Below are positions 9,018-17,413 of a stretch of DNA of 26,687 nucleotides, in pieces. The translations under genes and the position numbers were made by a program. The notes below the pieces were generated by a model that saw only the letters and a list, made by a program, of their open reading frames with translations, was not told where the DNA came from and did no database searches. How positions within the stretch are numbered: the stretch's first letter is position 1; every line of letters begins with the position of its first letter. The DNA is from Aquificaceae bacterium (GTDB lineage: Bacteria; Aquificota; Aquificia; Aquificales; Aquificaceae): the NCBI GenBank assembly GCA_041640635.1, contig JBEPZX010000016.1:1-26687 (forward strand), in the 5' to 3' direction.

Positions 9018-9898
9018 ATTAGAACCTTCCATAAATAGATAATTATTAACGTGCTCAAGAGTGGAAAGGTAACAAGCAAACTTAGAGTTTTCGTATTAAA
9101 AACACGTTTGTATATTAGGAAAAGCTTTATATCCAGCATAGGACCTATAACCAAAAAGGCGAGTTGCGCCTGCATACTTAATATGTTATTTAGAGCTGAG
9201 GCTATAAAGGCATCCGCTTCTGCGCACAAGGATAAACTTACAGCTAACATGGGAGCAAAGAATACATCCACAAAAGGATGGCTGTTTAACATAACTAACA
9301 CGTTGGTAGGGAGTAAAACCTTAAATATGGACGTTAACGTGATGCCCAACAAAAGTAGAGGATAGATGCTCATAAAATCGTCCGCTGCATGCTTTAGAGC
9401 ATGCTCAACCTTACGCATCAAGCTAGGCTTTGCAGTACCTACAACCTGAAGATCAAACAAACTCTTTTGTTCTTTTAAAACTCTTCCCTTTGTTACTTGA
9501 TAAATGAGCAAAGCGGTCAAAGAAGCAATAAAAATACCTAGCAAGACTCTGTATAAAGCCATTTTGGGCATGTAGTAGTAAGCCGTGTATGTGGACATTA
9601 TGGTTATTGGACTCACTATAGGTCCAGCCAGCATATAGGCTAATGCTCCCGCTGGAGCCATGCCTTTCTTCATCAATCGCCTGGCTATCACAACCGATCC
9701 ACACTCACACATAGGAACAAGAAAGCCTACACTAGAACCTACCAATAAAGAGGCATAAGGGTTGTTGCTTTTTATTTTGGAAAAGAAGCCAGAAGGTAGC
9801 AAAAGCTCCATAAATCCAGATATTAAACTTGCAAGTATTACAAAAGGCAAGGTCTCTATTAAAAGAGAGACAAGGACGAGAGTAAAGTCATTTAACAT
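9014..9898 (-). CDS. DUF318/ArsP-family (YcgR-like) permease
   Basis: Multi-TM protein with ETLPF, PMCECG, AGPIVSP, SLCAEADAF and GPMLDIK, matching the two-repeat pattern of the family. Confidence 0.87.
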   Translation of the reverse strand: MLNDFTLVLVSLLIETLPFVILASLISGFMELLLPSGFFSKIKSNNPYASLLVGSSVGFLVPMCECGSVVIARRLMKKGMAPAGALAYMLAGPIVSPITIMSTYTAYYYMPKMALYRVLLGIFIASLTALLIYQVTKGRVLKEQKSLFDLQVVGTAKPSLMRKVEHALKHAADDFMSIYPLLLLGITLTSIFKVLLPTNVLVMLNSHPFVDVFFAPMLAVSLSLCAEADAFIASALNNILSMQAQLAFLVIGPMLDIKLFLIYKRVFNTKTLSLLVTFPLLSTLIIIYLWKVLI

Positions 9899-9926
9899 TA
9901 AGACCTTACTCCCATCTTGAAAAATT

Positions 9927-11198
9927 TTACCTTACAGGCTTTGGTACATTTTCGAAAACTATGTAATAAGAGTTCAAAACTTGACCAGCACCTGGATTCC
10001 CATTTGTAGTTATCTTTTTAACAACGCTTAGATTTTCCATATCTATCATATAAAGCGCTCCGTCTTTGTCATTACTCACAAAAGCTCTTTTACTGTCTGA
10101 GGAAAATGCCACGTGCCCCATCCTTCCGCTTCCTATGGTTAGGTTTTTGATTACAGTAAGTTTTTCTGTATCTATCACAGATATTACGTTATTTCCATAG
10201 TTTGTAACTATGGTGTACTTTCCGTTGGGAGATACGTAGGTATGACCTACTCCTGTAGAACCTACCCTTAAGTCTGCAACAAGTTTTTTAGTGTCCGCAT
10301 CGAAAACCGCCACTGCGCGACCCTTAAAGTTCCCACCTGGTCCTCTGTTGTTTATAAAGAAGTACTTACCTTTGGCATCAAAGTTTCCATGGTGCCCCTC
10401 TATGGCTTCCTCACCATCCAAAGGCATTGCCATCTTTGCCACAACATCAAATCCACCTTTGGTTAGATCCAGAACGTAGATTTCGGGTGCTACACTACCA
10501 TCCGATTTGCCCTCTGTAACAACCCAGACTTCCTTACCATTTGGTCTTGGCACGGCGTAGTGGGGTATACTAGGGAAGGTTTTCTCTATAACTTCCCACG
10601 TCTTGGTGTCAATTATGAGCACCTTGTTGTCTGCTCTATCTATAGTAAAAAAGTACCTACCATCGAGTGACCAAGCGTTGTGCATGGACTTTACACCTTT
10701 GAAGTCCCTATTCCGTGGTGTATAGGTTATTACCTTCACAATTTCATCGGTTTTTGAGTCAAGAAAAACTATCCTGTGTGTGCCGTCACTTTCGAACTCC
10801 CAATGGTCCACTCCTACAAGCTTTCCATCTGGGCTGGGCAGTGCGTGCTTTGGTCTGCTTCCTGTTTCTATATCCTTAATCTTTTTAAGATTCACAACGT
10901 CTATCACAGTAACCGTCCTTTGCCCTTCGCCAGCGTTGCTAACGTAAAGCTTTTTGCAGTCTGGTGTTACAGCTCCCAGTGTGCCACCTTTGCCTGTGTC
11001 AAACTCTGCAAGTATGTCTCCTGTTCTTTCGTCCACCGCATAGGCTTTACCAGATCCGTGAAGGTGAAAAACTACTCCACACCACCCACCTTTTGGATTG
11101 GGCTTACTTTGGGAACCTTTAGCTGGAAGGTTAGAAAACAGAGCTAACGCCAAAAAACTACTCGCAATTACACCCCCAAGCATTTTGGTTTTGTTCAT
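9927..11198 (-). CDS. Secreted YVTN/YncE-like beta-propeller protein, His-rich
   Basis: Sec signal peptide, then repeated blades (TPDCKKLYVSN, SPDGKLVGV, SLDGRYFFT, PNGKEVWVV, DAKGKYFFIN, SPNGKYTIVTN, SSDSKRAFVSN); SD AAGGAGG; no CXXCH. Confidence 0.85.
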   Translation of the reverse strand: MNKTKMLGGVIASSFLALALFSNLPAKGSQSKPNPKGGWCGVVFHLHGSGKAYAVDERTGDILAEFDTGKGGTLGAVTPDCKKLYVSNAGEGQRTVTVIDVVNLKKIKDIETGSRPKHALPSPDGKLVGVDHWEFESDGTHRIVFLDSKTDEIVKVITYTPRNRDFKGVKSMHNAWSLDGRYFFTIDRADNKVLIIDTKTWEVIEKTFPSIPHYAVPRPNGKEVWVVTEGKSDGSVAPEIYVLDLTKGGFDVVAKMAMPLDGEEAIEGHHGNFDAKGKYFFINNRGPGGNFKGRAVAVFDADTKKLVADLRVGSTGVGHTYVSPNGKYTIVTNYGNNVISVIDTEKLTVIKNLTIGSGRMGHVAFSSDSKRAFVSNDKDGALYMIDMENLSVVKKITTNGNPGAGQVLNSYYIVFENVPKPVR

Positions 11199-11340
11199 TG
11201 ATAAACCTCCTTACGAAATCTTAAAGATTATTTTAGAGATACACATCACACCTTGCTATAATTTTTTCTAAAAGATCCATAAAGCTTGCTAATTTACTTA
11301 TATGCTAATTTGCTGATTTTTCAAAGCTCAAAAGCTACAA

Positions 11341-12354
11341 CTAATACTTATTGGAGGCTTCTATAAACTCTTTTAACTTTTGGTAACTTTTTCCACTGCC
11401 TATTGACTCTTTGACTATCTCCAAAGCTTCTTTTAAATCACCAGCCTTCCCGCTAACCAACACACCAAAGGCGGCGTTTATCAAAACCATATCCAGAGCT
11501 GGCGAAGGCTCACCTTTGAGCACCGAAAGGCTTACTTTAGCGCTCTCTTCCACAGAGTTTACACATACGTAATCCATAGGATACCTTTTAAACCCCACAT
11601 CCTCAGGAGCAAACTCGTATATGTCTATGTTGCCTTCCTTTATATGGGCAACAAGGGTAGTAGCACCTATGGACACCTCATCTAAACCATCTTTACCATG
11701 AACTACAACAGTGTTTAAAGTTCCCAAATCTCTGAGGGCATAAGCCATCTTTTCTAAATACTCATCAGAAAAAACACCCAGAAGCTGTCTTTTGGCTCCA
11801 GCTGGATTTGACAAAGGACCAATTAGGTTAAATATGGATCTTATTCCTACCTCTTTCCTAGGTCCCACTACACGCTTCATTGCGGGATGAAATAAGGGAG
11901 CGAACATAAACCCTATTCCTATTTCTTCTATCATTTTTTTTACTTTCTCAGGTGGTAAGTCTATTTTTGCTCCTAGGTATTCCAAAAGGTCAGCGCTACC
12001 TGTTTTTGATGAGACAGATCTATTTCCGTGCTTGGCTACTCTAATGCCAGCTCCAGCTAAGACAAAAGCTACAGTGGTTGATACATTAAAAGTTCCCGAC
12101 CTATCCCCACCTGTTCCGCATGTATCCACCAGATCCTCTGGGTTAGTAACTTCTATCTTTGTTGCATGTTCTCTGAAAAACTCTGCAGCTCCAGCGATCT
12201 CTTCGGAAGTTTCCCCTTTCAAGCGCGTTCCCATAATAAAGGCACCTATTTGAGCATCCGTTGCTTGTCCGTAAACTATGTTTTCCAAAGCTTGCTTTAT
12301 TTCCTCTTTGCTCAGATTTTCTTTATCCGCTAGCTTTTGAAGGATTTCTTTCAT
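11341..12354 (-). CDS. trpD: Anthranilate phosphoribosyltransferase
   Basis: DTCGTGGD, FNVST, KHGNRSVSSKTGSAD, FNLIGPLSNPA, HGKDGLDE. Confidence 0.97.
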   Translation of the reverse strand: MKEILQKLADKENLSKEEIKQALENIVYGQATDAQIGAFIMGTRLKGETSEEIAGAAEFFREHATKIEVTNPEDLVDTCGTGGDRSGTFNVSTTVAFVLAGAGIRVAKHGNRSVSSKTGSADLLEYLGAKIDLPPEKVKKMIEEIGIGFMFAPLFHPAMKRVVGPRKEVGIRSIFNLIGPLSNPAGAKRQLLGVFSDEYLEKMAYALRDLGTLNTVVVHGKDGLDEVSIGATTLVAHIKEGNIDIYEFAPEDVGFKRYPMDYVCVNSVEESAKVSLSVLKGEPSPALDMVLINAAFGVLVSGKAGDLKEALEIVKESIGSGKSYQKLKEFIEASNKY

Positions 12355-12375
12355 CTTAAAATATTATAGCTTGTT
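12355..12375. promoter_or_regulatory. Bidirectional overlapping -10 elements serving trpD and trmI (probably leaderless mRNAs)
   Basis: 21-bp intergenic CTTAAAATATTATAGCTTGTT: + strand TATTAT (12362-12367) and - strand TATAAT (12368-12363), each 8 nt from its ATG; no SD on either side. Confidence 0.6.
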
Positions 12376-13116
12376 ATGAAATTTAAAGAAGGTGATTGGG
12401 TCCTCCTCGTTTGGAAAGATAGAAAATATCTAAGACAACTGACCACAGGCTTTAGCTTGAATATAAGAGATAACGTTATAAAGCTCGAAGACGTTTTAGA
12501 CAAAGAAAACGGAGAAAATGTTAACGGCTTTTATGTTTTCCATCCAACGTTAGAGGATATTTTACTTTTGGGATTCAAAAGGAAAACCCAAATACTTTAT
12601 CCAAAGGATTCCTTTTACGCTGCCTTTAAGCTCGATATAAAAGATAAGAGAGTTTTAGAGTTTGGTACTGGAAGCGGTGCTATGACCGCTGTTCTTTCTC
12701 AACTGGCTCAAGAAGTGTGGACTTTTGAGGTAGTTAAGGAGTTTTACGAAAACGCTTTAAAAAATTGGAACCGCTTTAATTTATGCTCCAACGTGAGAGC
12801 CTTTAACAAAGACTTTATGGAGGAAGATACTTTGGAAGAGGAATACTTCGATGCTTGCTTTGTAGATGTAAGGGAGCCTTGGCTTTATCTTGACAAGCTT
12901 CACACTCACCTAAAGAAAGGTGCCTCTTGCTGCTTTTTGCTACCTACCACCAATCAAGTAAGCACGTTGTTAAAAGCTTTGGAAAGAGGTTTCGGGAATG
13001 TGGAAGTGTTGGAGACGCTTCACAGGCACTATAAGGTAAACCCAGAAAGACTAAGACCAGAGGATCAAATGGTAGCTCATACGGGATACTTGGTTTTTTG
13101 CAGAAAAACTACGTAG
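12376..13116 (+). CDS. trmI: tRNA (adenine(58)-N1)-methyltransferase
   Basis: RKTQILYPKD, VLEFGTGSG SAM motif, DVREPW, RLRPEDQMVAHTGYL. Confidence 0.93.
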   Translation: MKFKEGDWVLLVWKDRKYLRQLTTGFSLNIRDNVIKLEDVLDKENGENVNGFYVFHPTLEDILLLGFKRKTQILYPKDSFYAAFKLDIKDKRVLEFGTGSGAMTAVLSQLAQEVWTFEVVKEFYENALKNWNRFNLCSNVRAFNKDFMEEDTLEEEYFDACFVDVREPWLYLDKLHTHLKKGASCCFLLPTTNQVSTLLKALERGFGNVEVLETLHRHYKVNPERLRPEDQMVAHTGYLVFCRKTT

Positions 13117-13688
13117 CTTTCTTTTATGTCTTTTAGGGATATCTTGCAATTATGGTAACCCTTTACCGGTTCTTTCCCTTTCATCACAAAAACGTACTCA
13201 CTGGACAGTTGCAAAAGCGTAGGAAGAATGTCCTCAAAAGCTCCTAGGGCTCTGCAAAATACTATATCGAAGGTTTCTTTTACGTCCTCAGCTCTTTTGC
13301 AAAGGACCCTGTAGTTTAGGTTAAGTAAGGACTTTATATACTCAAGAAAGGAACATTTTTTAGACACTGACTCTATCAGTGTAATGTCAAGTTTATTCTG
13401 GTAGTATATCTGTAATGGAACACCTGGGAAACCTGCCCCACTTCCCACGTCGCACAGCTTTTTTTGGTATAGGTCAATTTCAAGATTTTTAAAGCAAATA
13501 CTGAGACTCACAGAATCCACAAAATGTCTGAGAATAATCTCTCTATCATCCGTAATGGATGTTAGCTTATGAACCTTGTTCCAACGCTTTAGCTGTTCCA
13601 GGTATACTTCAAACTTATTTACCTGTTCTGAAGGAAGCTTAAAACCATTTTCCTCAAAGATTTTCTCTATTAGCTCCGCAGCAGAAAT
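13077..13688 (-). CDS. rsmG: 16S rRNA (guanine(527)-N7)-methyltransferase RsmG/GidB, probable non-canonical ATT start
   Basis: DVGSGAGFPG, IESVSKKCSFL, RAED, CRAL, MKG. The frame extends upstream of the track's GTG (13520) through YLEQLKRWNKVHKLTSI...RHFVDS. The start codon is inferred. Confidence 0.9.
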   Translation of the reverse strand: MSAAELIEKIFEENGFKLPSEQVNKFEVYLEQLKRWNKVHKLTSITDDREIILRHFVDSVSLSICFKNLEIDLYQKKLCDVGSGAGFPGVPLQIYYQNKLDITLIESVSKKCSFLEYIKSLLNLNYRVLCKRAEDVKETFDIVFCRALGAFEDILPTLLQLSSEYVFVMKGKEPVKGYHNCKISLKDIKESYVVFLQKTKYPV

Positions 13689-14257
13689 TTTATATCCTCC
13701 GCCATCTTATCGGGTTCCTGCTTGGATCCCGTAAATAGAAGCTTTATCTTCATATCGGGTGTTACAAGGTAGATTGTGGATGTGTGATCTATCAGGTATC
13801 CAAGCTTTGAGTCAGATTCAACCCTTTTATAGTAAGCTTTGTACTCTTTTGCAGCCTTTGCTATCTCTTCAGGAGTGCCTACTAAACCGATAAAGCTTAG
13901 GTCAAAGTAGGGAACGTAGCCTTTTAGAATTTCAGGAGTGTCCCTTTCTGGATCTACGCTTATAAAAAGCACCTGAACTTTGTTTTTCTCCTCTGGCGAC
14001 AGTTTATCGTAGGCGAGTTTCATCTTAGTTAAAGCATCGGGACAAACATCGGGACAATGGGTGTAACCAAAGAATATGAGTGCTACTTTACCTTGACTCG
14101 TGAAGTCGGAGAGCTTAACTCTTTTGCCGTTGTGGTCTGTGAGTTCAAAGTTGTAGGCAGGTTGATCGTAAACAAAGCCATAGAACTCGTGTGTGGATTT
14201 ACATGCGGATACAAAAAGTGCAAATAAGAGTGTTATAAGAAACGTTAATTTTCTCAT
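13670..14257 (-). CDS. SCO1/SenC family copper chaperone lipoprotein
   Basis: Lipobox VSAC, FFGYTHCPDVCP, ISVDPERDT, IDHT. Confidence 0.93.
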   Translation of the reverse strand: MRKLTFLITLLFALFVSACKSTHEFYGFVYDQPAYNFELTDHNGKRVKLSDFTSQGKVALIFFGYTHCPDVCPDALTKMKLAYDKLSPEEKNKVQVLFISVDPERDTPEILKGYVPYFDLSFIGLVGTPEEIAKAAKEYKAYYKRVESDSKLGYLIDHTSTIYLVTPDMKIKLLFTGSKQEPDKMAEDIKFLLRS

Positions 14258-14307
14258 AAGTTTTAATTATAATTCTTTCCTGTTTTTTGTGTATTTTTAG
14301 ATTTAGG

Positions 14308-15216
14308 ATGGGGGTGGTTTTAGTAGTCCTATTTATATTTACCTTTTCGTGTAGCGATATTTTTGTAGAGAAAGATCTTTTGCAGAGACCCAATGCACAA
14401 AGGTGCTCCGACTGTCATGGCGAAATATTCAAGGAGTGGGAAAAGAGCAGGCACGCCATGGCGTGGAAGAGCGAAGAGTTCAAGCTCCAAACGGAGAACT
14501 ACACAAAGAGTAAGTGTTTATCGTGTCACGCACCGCACCAAGTAGATCCAGAAGTAAAACCAGTTTTGGCAAAGAAGTTTTTAGAAGATGGTATAGGTTG
14601 TGTGGCTTGTCACTTTAAAGATGAAACAAAAGCTATGCACGGTCCCCATAAAGTATGGTCACCTCCTCACCCATCCAAAGAGGACTTTGCATACGTAAAG
14701 TCCGAGTTCTGCGCAGGTTGCCATCAGGAAACCCACAAAGAGTGGAAACAGGCAAAGATGACCTTTAGGGTAGAGAAGTCGTGTCAGGACTGTCACATGC
14801 CAAACATGGGAGCAAAAAGAATAGTCCAAAAGTTCCCCTTTGAGTATTTCCATTCAAAGAAACCAAGACACGACCATTCCTTCCCAACGGGTATGGCAAA
14901 AGCCGAGGATATCAAAATTGATTTACAAAAAGGTCAAAATGGATACATCCTTACCCTTGTCAACATAGGAGTTCCCCATAACTTACCTACGGCAGATCAA
15001 GGAGAACCAAAGCTTTACATAGTTGTAGAATCCGATCAAGGAAGAATTGTCCGAGTTCTCTCCCCACAAGCAAAAAACGCCTTGGTATACAATGAACCTA
15101 TGCAGATAGAGCTTCCTTGGCAAAAGGTAGAAAAGATTAAGGTCGATATAATGAGAAAGCTTAGTTGGAAAAAGGAGAGAGAACTTATAAAATCGCAAAC
15201 CTTCGTTGCAAATTAA
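14308..15216 (+). CDS. Pentaheme c-type cytochrome, probable lipoprotein
   Basis: Five CXXCH motifs: CSDCH, CLSCH, CVACH, CAGCH, CQDCH; hydrophobic N-terminus ending TFSC; WxxSxHA after heme 1; C-terminal beta-rich domain with PHNLPT. Start at ATG 14308 is inferred. Confidence 0.85.
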   Translation: MGVVLVVLFIFTFSCSDIFVEKDLLQRPNAQRCSDCHGEIFKEWEKSRHAMAWKSEEFKLQTENYTKSKCLSCHAPHQVDPEVKPVLAKKFLEDGIGCVACHFKDETKAMHGPHKVWSPPHPSKEDFAYVKSEFCAGCHQETHKEWKQAKMTFRVEKSCQDCHMPNMGAKRIVQKFPFEYFHSKKPRHDHSFPTGMAKAEDIKIDLQKGQNGYILTLVNIGVPHNLPTADQGEPKLYIVVESDQGRIVRVLSPQAKNALVYNEPMQIELPWQKVEKIKVDIMRKLSWKKERELIKSQTFVAN

Positions 15217-15245
15217 AGGGATTGGGATATTATTTGAAAGTTACT

Positions 15246-16364
15246 ATGGTGGAAAACTTAGAGATCCTTATAGATTCCATAGATGACAAAAATCTATCAC
15301 AGATAGCTGAGAAGATTATCTCAGAGGAACCTATTTCCTTTGAAGAAGGTGTTTACTTGTTCAAATCCAATCACTTGACCTTTATAGGTAACCTTGCTGA
15401 ATACGTAAACAGAAAGAAGAACAACACCTTTGCCTACTTTATAGTAAACAGGCAGATAAATCCAACAAATGTATGCGTGTATGGGTGCACCTTTTGCGCC
15501 TTTGGTGTTACCAAGTCGGACCCAAGAGCTTACGAAATGACCTTGGAAGAGATACTGAGAAAAGTTGAAGATACCTACAAACAAGGAGGAAGGGAAGTCC
15601 ACATCGTAGGTGGCATTCCTCCTCACTGGAAGTTTGAGGATTACGTGGGTATCGTAAAGACTGTAAAAAACAGATTTCCCAATATAGTCGTGAAGGCTTG
15701 GACAGCTGTGGAAATACACCACATGGCAAAAATATCCGGCAAAAGCTACGAAGACGTTCTAAAAGCACTAAAAGACGCGGGATTGGACGCCCTTCCCGGT
15801 GGTGGAGCCGAAATCTTCTCTGAACGTGTGAGAAAAATAATAGCACCTTACAAAGCAAACGCAGAACAGTATCTGGAGATCCACAGAACAGCTCACAAGC
15901 TCGGCATACCTACAAACGCTACTATGCTCTATGGACATGTGGAGTCTTACGAAGAAAGGGTAGAGCATATGGAGATGCTCAGGAGACTTCAAGAAGAAAC
16001 ACAGGGCTTTCAAGTGTTTATTCCTTTAGCCTACTGGCCAGAGGGTAACAAGTTAGGTGGAAAAAGGACTTCATCGGTGGACGATTTGAAAACAATAGCC
16101 ATATCCAGAATTTACCTGCACAATTTTCAACACATAAAAGCTTACTGGGTAACTTTGGGAGAAAGGGTAGCTCAAGTGGCTCTCAACTTTGGAGCCGATG
16201 ACTTGGACGGAACCATAGAAGAGGAGAAAATCGTCCACTCGGCAGGGACCACTTCCGCATACAATCATTCCAAAGACAGACTCATAAAACTGATAAAGGA
16301 TGCGGGAAAAATCCCTGTAGAAAGGGATACCTTTTATAATCCTATCAAAATATACAGTGTATGA
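15246..16364 (+). CDS. mqnE: Aminofutalosine synthase MqnE (radical SAM, futalosine menaquinone pathway)
   Basis: NPTNVCVYGCTFCAF, EVHIVGG, PGGGAEIF, NATMLYGHVE, HIKAYWV, DGTIEEEKIVHSAG. The KAYW and EEKI features favour MqnE over MqnC/CofH. Confidence 0.87.
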   Translation: MVENLEILIDSIDDKNLSQIAEKIISEEPISFEEGVYLFKSNHLTFIGNLAEYVNRKKNNTFAYFIVNRQINPTNVCVYGCTFCAFGVTKSDPRAYEMTLEEILRKVEDTYKQGGREVHIVGGIPPHWKFEDYVGIVKTVKNRFPNIVVKAWTAVEIHHMAKISGKSYEDVLKALKDAGLDALPGGGAEIFSERVRKIIAPYKANAEQYLEIHRTAHKLGIPTNATMLYGHVESYEERVEHMEMLRRLQEETQGFQVFIPLAYWPEGNKLGGKRTSSVDDLKTIAISRIYLHNFQHIKAYWVTLGERVAQVALNFGADDLDGTIEEEKIVHSAGTTSAYNHSKDRLIKLIKDAGKIPVERDTFYNPIKIYSV

Positions 16365-17113
16365 GCTTTGTAGCTCTTCTTACGGACTTTGGGTTAAAGG
16401 ATGGCTTTGTAGGTGCTCTAAAGGGAGTGATACTAACTGTAAACCCCCATGCCCGTATCGTGGATATCACCCACCAAGTGGAACCCTTTAATGTATTGGA
16501 AGGCGCCTTAATTTTGAAAGCTCATTACAAGTATTTCCCGAAAGGGACAATATTTTTATGCGTTGTGGATCCAGGTGTAGGATCTAAAAGGCTTGCTTTG
16601 GCTATAAAATGCGGTGATTACTACTTTGTAGGACCTCAAAATGGCATATTCGATTTGACCTTGAAGGAAATAAACAGCCCCATACTTGCCTACAAAATAG
16701 AAAGGTTCACTTTGGAGAGGGTAAATGAGACCTTCCATGGAAGGGACGTTTTTGCACCCGTTGCTGCGCATCTTTCCAAAGGGTTGGATATCCAAAAAGT
16801 GGGAACAAAGGTAAACTATAAATTCCTTTTAAAGTGGCAGGATCCTTTAAACAAAGGAACATCCATCATAGGTAAAGTTGTTTACTTCGATCATTTTGGG
16901 AATGCCATAACCAATGTTCCCTGTGGGAGATATAAGTACGCCATTTACAAGGGCAACAAATTAAAAGTGTGCACGCACTTTATGGAAGCAAAAAAGGAAA
17001 CACTGTCCACACTTTGTGGAAGCTTTGGATTTATGGAGTTATTTTTACCTATGGGTAGTGCTAAGGATATGGGTGTCAAAATTGGAGATAGGGTAACTTT
17101 TATGCTTTCCTAA
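16361..17113 (+). CDS. DUF62 SAM hydroxide adenosyltransferase (SAM hydrolase; chlorinase/fluorinase family)
   Basis: LLTDFG, VDITH, VVDPGVGSKR, TFHGRDVFAP, DHFGNAITN; ATGA overlap with mqnE. Confidence 0.92.
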   Translation: MSFVALLTDFGLKDGFVGALKGVILTVNPHARIVDITHQVEPFNVLEGALILKAHYKYFPKGTIFLCVVDPGVGSKRLALAIKCGDYYFVGPQNGIFDLTLKEINSPILAYKIERFTLERVNETFHGRDVFAPVAAHLSKGLDIQKVGTKVNYKFLLKWQDPLNKGTSIIGKVVYFDHFGNAITNVPCGRYKYAIYKGNKLKVCTHFMEAKKETLSTLCGSFGFMELFLPMGSAKDMGVKIGDRVTFMLS

Positions 17114-17411
17114 CGATCAAAGCCATAAGAACGCAGTCTTCTAACGCTAAAAATCCATGAGGTTCCCTTGGCTCGTAAAGGATACTTTCCTTTTCACATA
17201 GATCCTGCGTGTTTTCTTCTGAACCTATGAAAAACCTACTCTTACCTTCAAGCACCGTGATCCAAACTAAATGGGGAGAAGTATGAAGATCGATTTTTTG
17301 ACCTTTCTTAAGGTAAAAATAGATACACCTTAGATCCTCAGAGGAATAAACTGAGTCTTTTGTGGGCATAAATTCCGAAAAGCTTCCCTTGGACCCAATT
17401 ACATGCGCCAT
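17100..17411 (-). CDS. Small cupin-domain protein
   Basis: LKKGQKIDLHTSPH...VLEG and EPREPHGFLALED cupin motifs; SD GGAGGA. Confidence 0.82.
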   Translation of the reverse strand: MAHVIGSKGSFSEFMPTKDSVYSSEDLRCIYFYLKKGQKIDLHTSPHLVWITVLEGKSRFFIGSEENTQDLCEKESILYEPREPHGFLALEDCVLMALIVRKA

Positions 17412-17413
17412 AT

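Noticed and set aside
9927..11198. Beta-propeller as NirS/NirN/NirF or NosZ
   Set aside because: It has no CXXCH cytochrome c domain, no CuA domain and no Tat signal, and is too short for NosZ. Only the fold and the His-per-blade pattern are analogous.
13077..13116. Convergent 3' overlaps (trmI/rsmG 40 bp, DUF62/cupin 14 bp, mutS2/sqr 4 bp)
   Set aside because: These are ordinary for a very compact genome and give no evidence of special function.
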